This document shows, piece after piece, positions 33,211 to 44,938 of a DNA stretch of 64,000 nucleotides. This stretch comes from Squalus acanthias (Eukaryota): assembly GCA_030390025.1 (NCBI GenBank), contig CM059432.1, forward strand, positions 3,348,001-3,412,000, read 5' to 3'. Below the pieces are notes generated by a model. It made no database searches and was not told where the DNA came from. It worked only from the letters and a program-made list of their open reading frames with translations. The translations under genes were made by a program, and so were the position numbers. Numbering within the stretch: the stretch's first letter is position 1; each line of letters opens with the position of its first letter.

Positions 33211-34587
33211 TAGATACATAGATACATAGAAGATAGGAGCAGGAGTAGGCCATCCGGCCCTTCGAGCCTGCTCCGCCATTTAATGAGATCATGGCTGATC
33301 CTCCAATTCAGTATCCCGTCCCCGCCTTCTCTCCGTAACCCTTAACCCCTTTTGCCTGTAGAAATATATCTAATTCCCTCTTAAATATATTTAATGAGCT
33401 GGCGTACACTGCCCTCTGTGGCAATGAGTTCCACAGGTTCACCACCCTCTGAGTGAAGAAATTCCCCCTCATTTCTGTCCTAAATGGTTTAGCCCTTATC
33501 CTTAAATTATGTCCTCTAGTTCTGTTCTCACCCGCCAAGGGAAACATTCCTTCTGCATCTAGTCTGTCTAGACCGGTCAGAATTTTATACACTTCTATGA
33601 GGTCCCCTCTCAATCTTCTAAACTCCAGTGTGTACATCCCTAAACTACATAGTCTCTCCTCATAGGTCAATCCCGCCATTCCTGGTATCAGCCTGGTGAA
33701 TCGCCGCTGCACCCCCTCCATGGCAAGAACATCTTTCCTCAGATGAGGCGACCAAAACTGTACACAGTACTCGAGGTGTGGTCTCACCAGTGCCCTGTAC
33801 AGCTGCAGCAAGGTATCCCTGTTCCTGTATTCCAACCCTTTTGCTATGAAGGCCAGCATACCGTTTGCCTTCTTGATCGCCTGTTGCACCTGCATGCTCG
33901 CCTTCAGTGACTGGTGTACAAGAACACCCAGGTCTCTCTGTACTTCCCCCTCTCCCAATTTATTGCCATTTAAATAATAATTTGCCCTCCCGTTCCTGCA
34001 CCCAAGGTGGATAACTTCGCACTTGTCCACATTATAGTGCATCTGCCATTTATCCGCCCAATCACCCAGTCTGTCCAAATCGCTCTGGAGCTTCCTGGTC
34101 TCCTCCTCTGAGCCCACCCCCCCCTCCTAGTTTAGTGTCGTCTGCAAATTTGGAAATGCTGCATCCGACTCCCTGATCCAGGTCATTAATGTAAATTGTG
34201 AACAGCTGGGGACCCAGGACAGATCCCTGTGGTACCCCACTTGTTACTGCCTGCCATTCAGAAAATGAGCCGTTTATTCCAACTCTCTGTTTTCTATCTG
34301 ACAGCCAGTTCTCTATCCACGTCAATACTTTCCCCTTTATCCCATGAGCTTCAATTTTCCCTGCTAATCTTTTATGTGGGACCTTATCGAAGGCCTTTTG
34401 GAAGTCCAGGTACACCACATCTACTGGCTCTCCCCCATCTATTTTACCAGTTACTCCCTCAAAAAATTCCAATAGATTAGTCAAGCACGATTTACCCTTT
34501 GTAAATCCATGTTGACTCTGTCCTATCCTGTCCCCATTTGCTAAGTGCTCCGCTATTTCACCCTTAATGATGGACTCCAGCATGTTC
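33211..34587 (-). mobile_element. CR1 RT region plus tail, one frameshift, tail-to-tail with the previous copy
   Basis: ORFs 34062-34583 ([26 protein letters not shown]) and 33308-34117 are joined by a shift in a homopolymer near 34115-34125. Confidence 0.93.
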
Positions 34588-35498
34588 TTGCTGTGCGCAA
34601 ATTGGCTGCTGCGTTTCCTACATTACAACAGTGACTACACTTCAAAAAGCACTTCATTGGCTGTAAAGCGCTTTGGGGGCGTCCTGAGGTCGTGAAAGGC
34701 GCTATAGAAATGCAAGTTCATCTAAATGAGTACGGCTGTGAAAGTTAATACACTACAGTAAGAACATTTCCCTGTATTATGTCAAGAAGAATTGATAGCT
34801 TGTACAGGGCAAGTGGGATTGAAGCGAAGATTAAAAGTACAAATAATTAATACACGAAACATCTGAAAGTATTAACTAGTCAACGCACCAGTAGCATGCT
34901 GCTCATTATAACTTAACGGCTTTGATATCATTTAGAGTCGGAAAGGAATTTACACAATGCTGGTATCAATGAGCACTCGACTCACACCCATTGGGCAGAA
35001 ATATGAAAAGCAGCAAGAAATTCCTAGAACTGTGTTACAAGAGAAGTGGAAAAAGGTCCGTTTACAAGCTATTTAATTGCCGTACTGAACTTTTATAAAA
35101 TGTGTTCTGTAATGAAGCTTCTCCTGGTTTAATAAGTTAGTCTAATGCTTCCACATTGCTCATGAGCATGATCTAGCAGAATAATTTCCCCAGCACCACC
35201 AATTAATTTTGTTAATTTGAAGGTCCAACAATTTCAGTAGTCTCACGACCTCAATTCAGTATTACATATTAGACAGCAAGACTTGCATTTCGACAGCACC
35301 TTCAGCAACCTCAGGATGTTCCAAAAGCACTTCACAGCCAATGAAGTACTTTTTGAAGTGTAGTCACTGTTGTAATGTAGGAAACGCGGCAGGCAATTTG
35401 CGCACAGCAAGCTCCCACAAACAGCAGCATGATAACCACCAGATAATGTGTTTTTTTACAAATATAAAGTGATGTTGGTTGAGGGATAAATACTGGCC

Positions 35499-35985
35499 AG
35501 GATGAGTGCAGCTCCGACAACACAAGAAGCTCGACACCATCCAGGACAAAGCAGCCCGCTTGATTGGCACCCCATCCACCACCTTAAACATTCACTCCCT
35601 CCACCACCGGCGCACCGTGGCTGCAGTGTGCACCATCTACAAGATGCACTGCAGCAACTCGCCAAGGCTTCTTCGGCAGCACCTCCCAAACCCGCGACCT
35701 CTTCCGCCTAGAAGGACAAGGGCAGCAGGCGGATGGGAACACCACCACCTCGAAGTTCCCCTCCAAGTCACACACCATCCTGACTTGGAAATATATTGGC
35801 CGTTCCTTCATCATCGCTGGGTCAAAATCCTGGAACTCCCTAACAGCACTGTGGGAGTACCTTCACCACATGGACTGCAGCGGTTCAAGAAGACGGCTCA
35901 CCACCACCTTCTCAAGACGATTAGGGATGGGCAATAAATGCTGGCCTTGCCAGCGACGCCCACATCCCATGAATGAATTTTTAAA
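35499..35985 (+). mobile_element. Second CR1-group LINE 3' end inside a minus-strand Deu-SINE (about 35275-36095)
   Basis: KKLDTIQDKAARLIG...SLHHRRTVAAVCTIYKMH; tail gggcaataaatgctggccttgccagcgacgcccacatcccatgaatgaa. Confidence 0.85.
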
Positions 35986-36545
35986 AAGGACACCGAGGAG
36001 AACTCCCCTGCTCTTCTTCGAAATAGCGTCGTGGGGTCTTTTACATCCAGCCCGAGGGCGCAGATGGGGCCTCGGTTTAGCGTCTCGTCTGAAAGAAAGA
36101 TGATATAGTACGGGCCTTGCAGAATTCATTTCTATTTTAGCCGAGCGCTGCACAGTGAGTTCACAGAGATAGCCAAGCCATCAGCTGGAACCACATCAAT
36201 CAATACCTCACCACTTCACACTTATCCGACTGAGCGAAAAGGGACTTTCAGAAGAAGGGAGACAAAAAAGCAATCAGGAAATGAGATACTACTTCCTGGA
36301 GCCATTAACACGGATAGTAAAGAAGGGAATTACTTCCTGCAGGGGTTCAGTTACATAACCACCTCATCAAAAAAATACACTTCGCCAGAACATTAACACA
36401 ACAGCATGAGAAAATCTAAGTTTATTCCGAAGTGATTCAATAGTTTAAGATTTTTTTTAAAAAAAACAGAAAATGCTTTAAAAAAATACATACATGTCTA
36501 CATTTGAAGAGAAGATTTTGGGTGTAAAAAAACAAACGTCATATC

Positions 36546-36693
36546 CAGTGTTCCCTGTAATTTTGTTTGGCACTGGGCGGCCCCTTTAAGGGGCAGCGAG
36601 CGCCGTTCAAGATACTCCACATGTGCGTTTTTTTTTGCATTGAAAAGCTGGCAAGCTGATCCTGTGCAGCCGCACAGCTCACAGGGAACATTG
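36546..36693. mobile_element. hAT-type MITE, 148 bp
   Basis: TIRs cagtgttccct / agggaacattg; near-TSD gtcatatc / gtcacatc (right copy shares the terminal G). Confidence 0.75.
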
Positions 36694-36864
36694 TCACATC
36701 ACATCTCCGGGTGTCTCAAAGCCCTTGGATATAAGGAATGACTTGACATTCAGTCACTGCTATTATAGACAAATGTACTTCATCTATTTATTGGGTATAA
36801 CCCCAATAGTTTTATATATATATTGTGACAACACAACGTTAAAAAAAAATTAAACTGAAGTCCA

Positions 36865-37190
36865 GAGATTCGATCACAGAAATCTAGGCCGACGCTCCCA
36901 GTGCAGTGCCGAGGGAGTGCCGCACTGTCAGAAGTGCCATCTTTTGGATGAGACGTTAAACCGTGGCCCTGTCTGCCCTCTCAGGTGTGGACATAAAAGA
37001 TCCCACGGCCACTATTTTGAAGAAGAGCAGGAGAGTTCTCCCCGGTGTCCTGGCCAATATTTATCCCTCAATCAACATCACTTTTTTTTTAAATGCCGAT
37101 TATCTGGTCATTATCACATTGCTGTTTGTGGGACCTTGCTGTGCGCAAACTGACTCCTGCGTTTCCTACATTACTACACTTCAAAAGTAG
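36865..37190 (+). mobile_element. Deu-SINE fragment
   Basis: Matches the SINE body. Confidence 0.8.
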
Positions 37191-37234
37191 TCCCTTGCGA
37201 GAACTGATGAGGCCTCGGTTTGAAATCTCACCCA

Positions 37235-37769
37235 AAAGGCCTTTATATCGAGAGGACTAGAGTACACGGAGGTAGAAGTTATGCTGCAGCTACACAAAGC
37301 CCTGGTTAGACCACACCTGGAGTACTGTGAGCAGTTCTGGGCACCACACCGTAGGAAGGATATATTGGCCTTGGAGGGAGGGCAGCGTAGGTTTACCAGA
37401 ATGATACCCGGGCTTCAAGGGTTAAGTTACGAGGAGAGATTACACAAATTAGGGTTGTATTCCCTGGAATTTAGACGGTTAAGGGGGGGGGGGGTTGATC
37501 GAATTTTTCAAAATATTACGGGGAAAGGGCAGGGTGTGGGACTAGCTGAAGTGCTCTTGCGGAGAGCCGGCACGAGCTCGACAGGCCGAATGGCCTCCTT
37601 CTGTGCTGTAACCATTCTGTGATTTTAACAGACAGGGTAGATAGAGAGAAACTATTTCCGCTGGTTGGGGAGTCTAGGACTGGGGCATAGTCTAAAAATT
37701 AGAGTCAGACCTTTCAGGAGTGAAATTAGGAAACACTTCTACACACAAAGGGTGGTAGAAGTTTGGAAC
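37235..37769 (+). mobile_element. CR1 fragment ending abruptly at the VNTR
   Basis: [45 protein letters not shown]. Confidence 0.88.
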
Positions 37770-38482
37770 GGAGAGGGGGGGGGGGGGGAGGAGAAGACGG
37801 AGGGGGGGGGAGACGGAGGGGGGAGGGGGGGAAGACGGAGGGGGGAGGGGGGGAAGACGGAGGGGGGAGGGGGGAAGACGGAGGGGGGAGGGGGGAAGAC
37901 GGAGGGGGGAGGGGGGAAGACGGAGGGGGGAGGGGGGAAGACGGAGGGGGGAGGGGGGAAGACGGAGGGGGGAGGGGGGAAGACGGAGGGGGGAGGGGGG
38001 AAGACGGAGGGGGGAGGGGGGAAGACGGAGGGGGGAGGGGGGAAGACGGAGGGGGGAGGGGGGAAGACGGAGGGGGGAGGGGGGAAGACGGAGGGGGGAG
38101 GGGGGAAGACGGAGGGGGGAGGGGGGAAGACGGAGGGGGGAGGGGGGAAGACGGAGGGGGAGGGGGGAAGACGGAGGGGGAGGGGGAAGACGGAGGGGGG
38201 AGGGGGGAAGACGGGAGGGGGAGAGGGGGGGAAGACGGAGGGGGGAGGGGGGAAGACGGAGGGGGGAGGGGGAAGACGGAGGGGGAGGGGGGAAGACGGA
38301 GGGGGGGGGGGGAAGACGGAGGGGGGGGGGGGAAGACGGAGGGGGGGGGGGAAGACGGAGGGGGGGGGGGAGACGGAGGGGGGGGGAAGACGGAGGGGGG
38401 GGGAAGACGGAGGGGGGGGGGAAGACGGAGGGGGGGGGGGAAGACGGAGGGGGGGGGGAGACGGAGGGGGGGGGGGGGGGAA
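37770..38482 (+). repeat. G-rich 20-21-bp minisatellite, unit ~ggggggaagacggagggggga
   Basis: More than 30 tandem aagacgga-containing units seen directly. Confidence 0.95.
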
Positions 38483-38483
38483 G

Positions 38484-40459
38484 GTAGAGAGAGAGAGAGA
38501 GAGAGACACAGACAGAGAGAGAGAGAGACACAGACAGAGAGAGAGAGAGACACAGACAGAGAGAGAGAGAGACACAGACAGAGAGAGAGAGAGACACAGA
38601 CAGAGAGAGAGAGAGACACACACAGACAGAGAGAGAGAGAGACACACACAGACAGAGAGAGAGGAGAGACACACAGACAGAGTGAGAGAGAGAGACACAC
38701 AGACAGAGAGAGAGAGAGAGAGAGACACACACAGGACAGAGAGAGAGAGAGAACACACAAGACAGAGAGAGAGAGAGACACACACAGACAGAGAGAGAGA
38801 GAGACACACACAGACAGAGAGAGAGAGAGACACACACAGACAGAGAGAGAGAGAGACACACACAGACAGAGAGGGAGACACACACAGACAGAGAGGGAGA
38901 CACACACAGACAGAGAGGGAGACACACACAGACAGAGAGAGGGAGAGACCACCACACAGACAGGAGAGGAGAGAGAGACACACACAGACAGAGAGAGAGA
39001 GGAGACACCACACAGAGAGAGAGAGAGAGACACAGACAGAGAGAGAGAGAGAGACACAGACAGAGAGAGAGAGAGGACACAGACAGAGAGAGAGAGAGAG
39101 ACACAGACAGAGAGAGAGAGAGACACAGACAGAGAGAGAGAGAGACACAGACAGAGAGAGAGAGAGACACAGACAGAGAGAGAGAGACACAGACAGAGAG
39201 AGAGAGACACAGACAGAGAGAGAGAGAGACACAGACAGAGAGAGAGAGGACACAGACAGAGAGAGAGAGAGACACAGACAGAGAGAGAGAGACACAGACA
39301 GAGAGAGAGAGACACAGACAGAGAGAGAGAGACACAGACAGAGAGAGAGAGGACACAGACAGAGAGAGAGAGGACACAGACAGAGAGAGAGAGGACACAG
39401 ACAGAGAGAGAGAGACACAGACAGAGAGAGAGAGACACAGACAGAGAGAGAGAGACACAGACAGAGAGAGAGAGAGACACAGACGAGAGAGAGAGACACA
39501 GACAGAGAGAGAGAGACACAAACAGAGAGAGAGAGACACAAACAGAGAGAGAGACACACAGACAGAGAGAGAGAGAGACACAGACAGAGAGAGAGAGAGA
39601 CACAGACAGAGAGAGAGAGACACAGACAGAGAGAGAGAGACACAGACAGAGAGAGAGAGAGACACAGACAGAGAGAGAGAGACACACAGACAGAGAGAGA
39701 GAGAGACACAGACAGAGAGAGAGAGAGACACAGACAGAGAGAGAGAGAGGACACAGACAGAGAGAGAGAGAGACACAGACAGAGAGAGAGAGACACAGAC
39801 AGAGAGAGAGAGACACAGACAGAGAGAGAGAGAGACACAGACAGAGAGAGAGAGACACAGACAGAGAGAGAGAGAGACACAGACAGAGAGAGAGAGAGAC
39901 ACAGACAGAGAGAGAGAGACACAGACAGAGAGAGAGAGAGACACAGACAGAGAGAGAGAGACACAGACAGAGAGAGAGAGAGAGAGACAGACAGAGAGAG
40001 AGACACAGAGAGTGAGACACAGACAGAGAGAGAGAGACAGAGAGAGAGACACACACACAGACAGAGAGAGAGAGAGACACACACAGACAGAGAGAGAGAG
40101 AGACACAGACAGAGAGAGAGACACAGACAGAGAGAGAGAGAGACACAGACAGAGAGAGAGAGAGAGACACAGACAGAGAGAGAGAGAGAGACACAGACAG
40201 AGAGAGAGAGAGAGACACAGACAGAGAGAGAGAGACACAGACAGAGAGAGAGAGAGACACAGACAGAGAGAGAGAGAGACACAGACAGAGAGAGAGAGAG
40301 CACAGACAGAGAGAGAGAGACACAGACAGAGAGAGAGAGACACAGACAGAGAGAGAGAGAGACACAGACAGAGAGAGAGACACAGACAGACAGAGAGAGA
40401 GAGACAGACAGACAGACAGAGAGAGAGACAGACAGACAGACAGAGAGAGAGAGACAGAC

Positions 40460-40492
<33 letters not shown>

Positions 40493-40796
40493 GAGAGAGA
40501 GACACACACACAGAGAGTGAGACACAGACAGACAGAGAGAGAGAGACACAGACAGAGAGAGAGAGAGACAGAGAGAGAGAGAGACACACACAGACAGAGA
40601 GAGAGACACACACAGACAGAGAGAGAGAGACACACACAGAGAGAGAGAGACACACAGACAGAGAGAGAGAGACACACAGACAGAGAGAGAGAGAGAGACA
40701 CACAGACAGAGAGAGAGAGAGAGACACACAGACAGAGAGAGAGAGAGAGACACACAGACAGAGAGAGAGAGACACAGACAGACAGAGAGAGAGAGA
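38484..40796 (+). repeat. Compound (GA)n-CACAGACA tract, ~2.3 kb
   Basis: Seen directly; almost no T on the plus strand. Confidence 0.97.
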
Positions 40797-41073
40797 ATGG
40801 AACACTGTCTGAAATTTGACAGACAGTTGGCCATCCCTCAGTAAATGGCATATGGAATCACTACGAACAGTAGCAGTCCTTCTCTGCTGCTTATTGCAGA
40901 CCCCTTCCTGCTGCACCTGTTGTGTAGTGATGTGCAAGGGCTCCGCTGTATTAACCACACAGCCAAGTTCCCTCAAAGATGCTTTTGATATGGCACTCGG
41001 TTCTGAAAAACAGGACAGACCAGCTGGCAGTGAGCCCAGTGCAAAACCGCCGAGACTGGGCGACGCTGAACAA

Positions 41074-41115
<42 letters not shown>

Positions 41116-42315
41116 TGCCCGGCAGCGAAACAGTAAATGTGTGTTTATTTGTAACTTTTTGGTCAAGTAGCCATCAAGCCCAAGGACCAACATGTGACCT
41201 GCAGTCAGGTAACACAAGACCAACGCTATGGAAACCAGGCAGCACTAACACAGGTCTTGCACAGTATAAAAATACCGCTACCACCTGCAGTTACATATGT
41301 CTTTATCTCTCAAATGTGTAAAACAATGAAGTCACTGCCGCTGTGGCAGATAGGCAAACCTGGCAGCCATTTGAACTCAGCAACGTTCCTCCAATTTAAG
41401 AAAGATTTGCATTTCTATCGCGTCTTTCATGACCTCAGGACGTCCCAAAACGCTTTACTGCCAATGAAGTACTTTTGAAGTACCAACACTGTTGTAATGT
41501 AGGAAACGCAGTGGACAATTTGCGCACAGCAAACTCCCACAAACAGCAATGTGATCAGATCTCAAGAATTAGGAGCAGGAGTCGGCCACTTGGCCCCTCG
41601 AGCCTGCTCCGCCATTCAATAAGACCATGGCTGATCTTCGACCTCAACTCCACTTTCCCGCCCGATCTCCATATCCCTCGATTCTCCTAGAGTTCAAACA
41701 TCAATCAATCTCAGCCTTGAATATACTCAAAGACTCAGCATCCACAGCCCTCTGTGGTAGAGAATTCCAAAGATTCTCACACCCTCTGAGTGAAGAAATT
41801 CCTCCTCATCTCAGTCCTAAATGGCGACCCCTTATTCTGAGGACTGTGCCCCCTGGTTCTAGACACTCAGCCAGGGGGAAACAACCTCTCAGCATCTACC
41901 CTGTCAATCCCCCTCAGAATAATGACCAGATAATCTGTTTTTGGTTATGTTGGTTGAGGGATAAATATTGGCCAGGACACCAGGGAGAGCTCCCCTGCTC
42001 TTCTTTGAAATAGTGGCCGTGGGATCTTCTACATCCACCCGAGAGCGCAGACGGAAGCCTCGGCTTAACCGAAAGACGGCACCTCCGACAGCGCAGCTCT
42101 CCCTCAGCACTGCACTGGGAGCGTCAGCCTAGATTTTTTGCGCTCGAGTCGCTGGAGTGGGACCACTCTGAAGGATAGCCAAGCGTGATTGGACGCATTC
42201 CCCGAGAAGTTTCACTACGCGGCCTCCTGCCACTCACACTACCGATCGCCTCAATCTTCCATCCTCGCGGCCAGACTCGCCTTCCTACACCAAGACTCTT
42301 CATTACCCAATTGGA

Positions 42316-42782
42316 GCGTAAGCTCGAGGAACAGCACCTCATCTTTCGTTTAGGCACCATACAGCCCTCTGGACTCAACATCGAGTTCAACAATTTTAGA
42401 TCATAACCTCGGCCCCTATCACATTTATATTTTATTTTTTCATCCACCCTTTTGTTTGCCACCCCCCTTTTTTTCCCTCCCAGAAGCTGGCAGCTGTCCT
42501 TCATTCTGCCAGTGCATTTCACACTTCATTTAGCCTCAACCTGTCACATTAACACCTCCTCTTGCCTTGATCATCTCTTAATGTCTCTCTATATCTCTTA
42601 ATCTCTCCTTTTGTTCTTTCATCCACTCTCCCTTTTCCCAGCCCCTAAACTTGCTTTAAATCTATTTCATTTCCTGCTTTATCCAGTTCTGACGAAGGGT
42701 CTTCGACCTGAAACGTTAACTCTGTTTCTCTCTCCACGGATGCTGCCTGGCCTGCTGAGTTTTTCCAGCATTTTCTGTTATT
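42316..42782 (+). mobile_element. PLE 3' fragment with hammerhead (42685-42721) inserted in a MITE (about 42170-43000); duplicated at 46137-46608 (hammerhead 46508-46544)
   Basis: RKLEEQHLIFRLGTIQPSGLNIEFNNFRS; ttgga duplicated at 42311-42315 and 42783-42787. Confidence 0.85.
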
Positions 42783-43194
42783 TTGGATAATTCTTGACTT
42801 GTCTGTCAAACTGCTTCCTCCCCAATCTCCAATTTTATTTTAATATAACCAATCAACAAGGGTTCAATGAAAAAAAAATTTTTTTTATTTTTAAATGCCC
42901 CCTATGATTTTTCTCTCGGTGTTGTCGGAGACATGTCCTGGAGATTAATCTTCGATTCCTGGAGGCTCCAGGGCAATCCTGGGGGGCTGGACACCCCCAG
43001 CTCAAACTGCAGGTTAATTGATCAGTTAATCTATTTTTGGATTGGGGGGGGGGGGGGGGGGGGGGGAGGTGGTTAACGGAGGATTTTTTTTTTGTGGCCA
43101 GGACACCACTTCTTCAAACAGCCGCTCTCTTTAATGTTCACTTCGGGTATGTCACGCAGCTGATATCGACCCACTATCCACGGACGGAATCTTG

Positions 43195-43420
43195 ACCCAA
43201 CAGCAGAGGTCCCCTGGCTTCGACCTCCTGCGGAGACAGCGGACGGCGCTCAACCCAGTCCGCACAGGGGCCACGGGTGATGCGGCCGCCCGCTCCACAA
43301 GTGGAAGATGAGGGGCGGACCGAAGCGCGACGGTTCGAGTCCCGGACTGTGGAACACATCACATCAACCTGCCCACTCAGATCTGTGGTGGGAGGCACCT
43401 CAGGAGGCCATCGAATGGAC
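43195..43420 (+). pseudogene. Degenerate Vingi/Ingi-like LINE C-terminus (copy at about 47005-47230)
   Basis: With two frameshifts reads DPTAEVPGFDLLRRQRTALNPVRTGHG*CGRPLHKWKM...RTVEHITSTCPLR, resembling the PGFDLPR..W..LNR.RTG.G.C...C.CG..QT..HI...CP zinc-knuckle end. Confidence 0.55.
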
Positions 43421-43744
43421 AGCCAAACCAGACATCCCATAATAAGCTTTCCCCCCCGTCACACGTAACAACAACTATACTCCCGGTAACCACCGGAATA
43501 GGCAAATGGGCTGGACTAAAAACCGTACCATCATGCTCACTGATCACCGACACGCCCAACAACGCACAGCCCTGAAGCGTGAGCCGAGATTTTGTACTCC
43601 AGTGCAGGAGTGGCGCTTAAACAGCCATCCGACTCCGAAGCAAGAGTGAATCAAACGGACACTTAGCTTTCAAAATATTCCGTGCAACATTGCTGATGGT
43701 GCAATGAAAACCTCAACTACTGTTTATGCTCTTACACAAGAACA

Positions 43745-44015
43745 TAACATAGAAACATAGAAACATAGAATCTAGGAGCAGGAGTAGGCCATTCGGCCCG
43801 TCGAGCCTGCTCCGCCATTCAATACGATCATGGCTGATCATCCAAATCCAGTACCCTGTCCCTGCTTTAATCCCCACAGTACACATATCCCACCCTACCC
43901 CCATAACCCCACGTATTTAATTCCCCCTAACATATCCCATCCTATCCCCATAACCCCACATATTTAATCCCCCCTAACACTAAGGGTCAATTTATCATAG
44001 CCAAATCAACCTAAC
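43745..44015 (-). mobile_element. V-SINE new-tail variant running into the gap
   Basis: Near-identical to the reverse complement of about 11163-11426. Confidence 0.88.
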
Positions 44016-44320
44016 NNNNNNNNNNNNNNNNNNNNNNNNNNNNNNNNNNNNNNNNNNNNNNNNNNNNNNNNNNNNNNNNNNNNNNNNNNNNNNNNNNNNN
44101 NNNNNNNNNNNNNNNNNNNNNNNNNNNNNNNNNNNNNNNNNNNNNNNNNNNNNNNNNNNNNNNNNNNNNNNNNNNNNNNNNNNNNNNNNNNNNNNNNNNN
44201 NNNNNNNNNNNNNNNNNNNNNNNNNNNNNNNNNNNNNNNNNNNNNNNNNNNNNNNNNNNNNNNNNNNNNNNNNNNNNNNNNNNNNNNNNNNNNNNNNNNN
44301 NNNNNNNNNNNNNNNNNNNN
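44016..44320. other. Assembly gap (305 N)
   Basis: Run of n. Confidence 1.
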
Positions 44321-44883
44321 AGAGAGAGACACACACACAGAGAGAGAGAGACACAGACAGAGAGAGAGAGAGACAGAGAGAGAGACACACACACAGACAG
44401 AGAGAGAGACACACACAGACAGAGAGAGAGAGACACACACAGAGAGAGAGAGACACACACAGACAGAGAGAGAGAGACACACACAGACAGAGAGAGAGAG
44501 AGAGACACACAGACAGAGAGAGAGAGAGAGACACACAGACAGAGAGAGAGAGAGAGACACACAGACAGAGAGAGAGAGACACAGACAGACAGAGAGAGAG
44601 AGAATGGAACACTGTCTGAAATTTGACAGACAGTTGGCCATCCCTCAGTAAATGGCATATGGAATCACTACGAACAGTAGCAGTCCTTCTCTGCTGCTTA
44701 TTGCAGACCCCTTCCTGCTGCACCTGTTGTGTAGTGATGTGCAAGGGCTCCGCTGTATTAACCACACAGCCAAGTTCCCTCAAAGATGCTTTTGATATGG
44801 CACTCGGTTCTGAAAAACAGGACAGACCAGCTGGCAGTGAGCCCAGTGCAAAACCGCCGAGACTGGGCGACGCTGAACAAAAC

Positions 44884-44938
<55 letters not shown>

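Larger units (their letters stand above)
40797..43749 (+). repeat. Copy 1 of a ~2.95-kb direct duplication
   Basis: Colinear with 44604-47557 at an offset of about 3807. Confidence 0.95.

Noticed and set aside
37665..40976. Very long ORFs (750-1094 aa) on both strands
   Set aside because: Translations of low-complexity tandem repeats that lack stop codons; no domain content.
40816..41136. ORF with a signal-peptide-like, Cys-rich start ([16 protein letters not shown]...)
   Set aside because: Runs into a GA microsatellite whose length changes the frame between the two copies; no splice or family support.
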